DNA of 64,000 nt, from NCBI GenBank assembly GCA_037443035.1, contig JBBIPC010000003.1, positions 90,951-154,950 on the forward strand. The letters are read 5' to 3'. Source of the stretch: Chthonomonadales bacterium (GTDB taxonomy: Bacteria; Armatimonadota; Chthonomonadetes; Chthonomonadales; CAJBBX01). Positions within the stretch are counted from its first letter, which is position 1. Each line of letters opens with the position of its first letter. The position numbers were made by a program, and so were the translations under genes. The notes beneath the pieces are model-generated. The model was given only the letters and a program-made list of their open reading frames with translations, did no database searches and was not told the origin of the DNA. Shown piece after piece: positions 61,907 to 64,000 of the stretch.

Positions 61907-62837
61907 TTCGGCCTCCGTATTTCCAGGTCGCCAAAGAGACGATGAGAATGATCACGAAGAGGACCCACGCGATGGCCGAGGCGTAGCCCATATTGAAGAC
62001 GGTGAACGCTTTGTTGTAGATGTAGAACTCGAGCGTCGTCGTAGACCCTGCTGGGCCTCCAGCGGTCATCACATAGGCCTGCATGAAACCGCCTTGGAAC
62101 CCGCCGATGATGCTCATGATCCCGAGGAAAAACGTTGTCGGTGCGATGAGGGGCCAGGTGATACTGAGGAACTGCTGTCGGCCTGAGGCACCGTCTATCT
62201 GCGCTGCTTCGTATAGCTCGCGCGGTACCCCCTGCAACGCTGCCAGGTAAAGGATCATGCTGCTTCCTCCCACGCCCATGACGAAGCCCATGAGCATGAG
62301 CGCCGGTTTGGACCAGGTGGAGCTCCCGAGCCAGTCGGGCGGGTTCCTGACACCGAGCTGGGTCAAGATGGTGTTGATGAGACCAATGTCTGTGTTGTAG
62401 AGCCACTTCCACAGCACTAGTACGGCGACACCGGCCGTGATGCTGGGCAGGAAGTAGAGCGTGCGGTAGATGACAACGCCCCGGATCTTCTGGTTGAGGG
62501 CGATTGCCAGCATCAACGACCCCAGCAACGTGAATGGGATCGCCAGCATCATGTAGGCGGTGTTGTAGAGGTACTGCCAGAAGAAGGGGTCGTTGGCGGT
62601 ATACGGGACGCGGAACAGGCCCAGTATGCTCGTGGAATCATCGAGCGAGCGGCTGAAACCGAGGAGGCTCACGAAGTTCTGTAGTCCGACCCAGCGCGGC
62701 GCATGGAACAGGTCCCATCGTGTGAAGGCCAGGTAGAGCGAGGCTATGACCGGTCCAGACGTGAAGACCAGAAAGCCGAGCAGATTCGGCAGCAGGAAGA
62801 GGTAGGCAGTCAGGATCTCCTTGCGTCGGTCACTCAT
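61890..62837 (-). CDS. Carbohydrate ABC transporter permease (MalF-type, CUT1)
   Basis: VGLQNF, RTLYFLP, ELYEAAQIDGA, MGYASAIA. Confidence 0.95.
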   Translation of the reverse strand: MSDRRKEILTAYLFLLPNLLGFLVFTSGPVIASLYLAFTRWDLFHAPRWVGLQNFVSLLGFSRSLDDSTSILGLFRVPYTANDPFFWQYLYNTAYMMLAIPFTLLGSLMLAIALNQKIRGVVIYRTLYFLPSITAGVAVLVLWKWLYNTDIGLINTILTQLGVRNPPDWLGSSTWSKPALMLMGFVMGVGGSSMILYLAALQGVPRELYEAAQIDGASGRQQFLSITWPLIAPTTFFLGIMSIIGGFQGGFMQAYVMTAGGPAGSTTTLEFYIYNKAFTVFNMGYASAIAWVLFVIILIVSLATWKYGGRSVQYH

Positions 62838-62912
62838 GGGTTCCCTCGCGCCACGTCTGACCCCTTGCCGCCGCCAATGTGTCGTACGACGCCACGAGTC
62901 GCTGTTCGCTAC

Positions 62913-63926
62913 CTATCGCGTGATGACCTCTAGCGGGACCAGGAATTCCCGCCCCCGTGGCACAGTGCCGTCTAACACGCCGACCGCCATGAGGACACCG
63001 TAGCGGCCCATGAGATCGGGATGCTGCTCGATGGTGGCTTTCATGTCGCCTGAGTCGAGGTACACACGCACGTCGGGAATGTTGTCATATCCGATGACCA
63101 CGATCTGGCCCCTTCGATTCGCCTCCTCGATGGCCTTCATCGCTCCAAGGGCCATCTTGTCATTGGCACAGAACACTCCCTGAAGATCGGGATTGGCGGC
63201 GAGCATGGACTGGAACTTAGCGTAGCCCTTCTGGGTGTCCCATTCCGCGGTGTCCTTCGCTACTACGTCGAGCGTACCGGCGACGGCCTGCACGAAGCCC
63301 CGTTTCCTGGCCTCGGCGTTATCAGCACCACGAATCCCTTCGAGGATGGCCACCTTGCCATGGCCACCGAGGTAGCCCATCATGGCCTGGCCAGCGAGCC
63401 GCCCGCCTTCCTCGTTATCGGCACCGACGTAACCCCCCAGCGCCAGGCCCGCAGACGTTGCGGCACCTGCATCCACGCGGTTATCCAGGTTGATGACGAG
63501 GATGCCCTTGTCCGCGGCCCGCTTCAATGCCGGCACGATGCCCTTGGAGTCCGCTGGAGCGATCAGTATCGCGTCAACGCCCTTGGCGGTTAGATTCTCG
63601 ACGATGGAGAACTGGTGCTCTTTGTCGGTCTCCTGAGGAGGGGCCTGAACCTCTAGACTTACGCCGAGCTTCTTCGCCTCGTTCTCGGCAGCCTTGATCA
63701 TGGGATCGAAGAACGGGTTATTGCGCGTTTTCACCACCAGGGCCAGACGATAGGGTCTCGAGGCCTTCCTCACTTTCTCCAGATCGGCCGCCGCAAGCTT
63801 CTCCGCCGTCTGCCCAGGAGGCTGCGGGGTCTCCTTGCTGTGCTTCTCAGCCGTGTTGGAGCAGCCCAAAGCCGCACCGATGACGGCAAGCCCCACCATG
63901 AGAACACCTGGACGCTTTCGCATCAT
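62913..63926 (-). CDS. RbsB-type (CUT2) sugar-binding lipoprotein
   Basis: Lipobox LG-C; NPFF, VGADNEEGG, FCANDKMALG, GYD, TIEQHP. Confidence 0.92.
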   Translation of the reverse strand: MMRKRPGVLMVGLAVIGAALGCSNTAEKHSKETPQPPGQTAEKLAAADLEKVRKASRPYRLALVVKTRNNPFFDPMIKAAENEAKKLGVSLEVQAPPQETDKEHQFSIVENLTAKGVDAILIAPADSKGIVPALKRAADKGILVINLDNRVDAGAATSAGLALGGYVGADNEEGGRLAGQAMMGYLGGHGKVAILEGIRGADNAEARKRGFVQAVAGTLDVVAKDTAEWDTQKGYAKFQSMLAANPDLQGVFCANDKMALGAMKAIEEANRRGQIVVIGYDNIPDVRVYLDSGDMKATIEQHPDLMGRYGVLMAVGVLDGTVPRGREFLVPLEVITR

Positions 63927-64000
63927 CCCCTCCCCCTTTTCTGTAACTGGTCCACCAGCACCGTCGCAATGATGACGGCCCCGATGATCACTCCTTGTAG
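63923..64000 (-). CDS. C-terminus of an RbsC-type ABC permease (partial)
   Basis: Hand translation LQGVIIGAVIIATVLVDQLQKRGRG*; stop overlaps the binding-protein start. Confidence 0.7.
   Translation of the reverse strand, partial: LQGVIIGAVIIATVLVDQLQKRGRG

Overview
GC-rich bacterial chromosomal window. The lineage is probably Armatimonadota; this is an inference from the repeated '[33 protein letters not shown]' pilin-like family, the diderm LptF/LptD-like genes, and the PyrR and sigmaH-like regulation. Housekeeping content: rpsF-ssb-rpsR with an S6:S18 leader, pgi/pmi, msrB, purU, ppk2, ilvD, a PyrR-attenuated pyr/car operon, and an lptF/G-lptD-M16 operon. Carbohydrate-related content: two LacI regulators with visible promoters and operators, GH5, GH130, a two-domain GH fusion, Gfo/Idh/MocA oxidoreductases and ABC sugar transport. 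Most notable: (1) four pilin-like (DUF1559/H-X9-DG type) genes, each complete copy followed by a tiny lipoprotein, two of them directly downstream of LacI regulators; (2) carB split into two genes with a methyltransferase between the halves; (3) a Clp ATPase with a degenerate second AAA module but an intact IGF loop, paired with a YbjN-like protein; (4) a repeated Tat-oxidoreductase plus HEAT-protein module; (5) a G12 tract in a LacI gene; (6) a recurrent AGGA-N16/18-CGAA upstream motif. I saw no rRNA, tRNA, CRISPR array or intact mobile element. All family assignments are from motif recognition by eye, not database searches.
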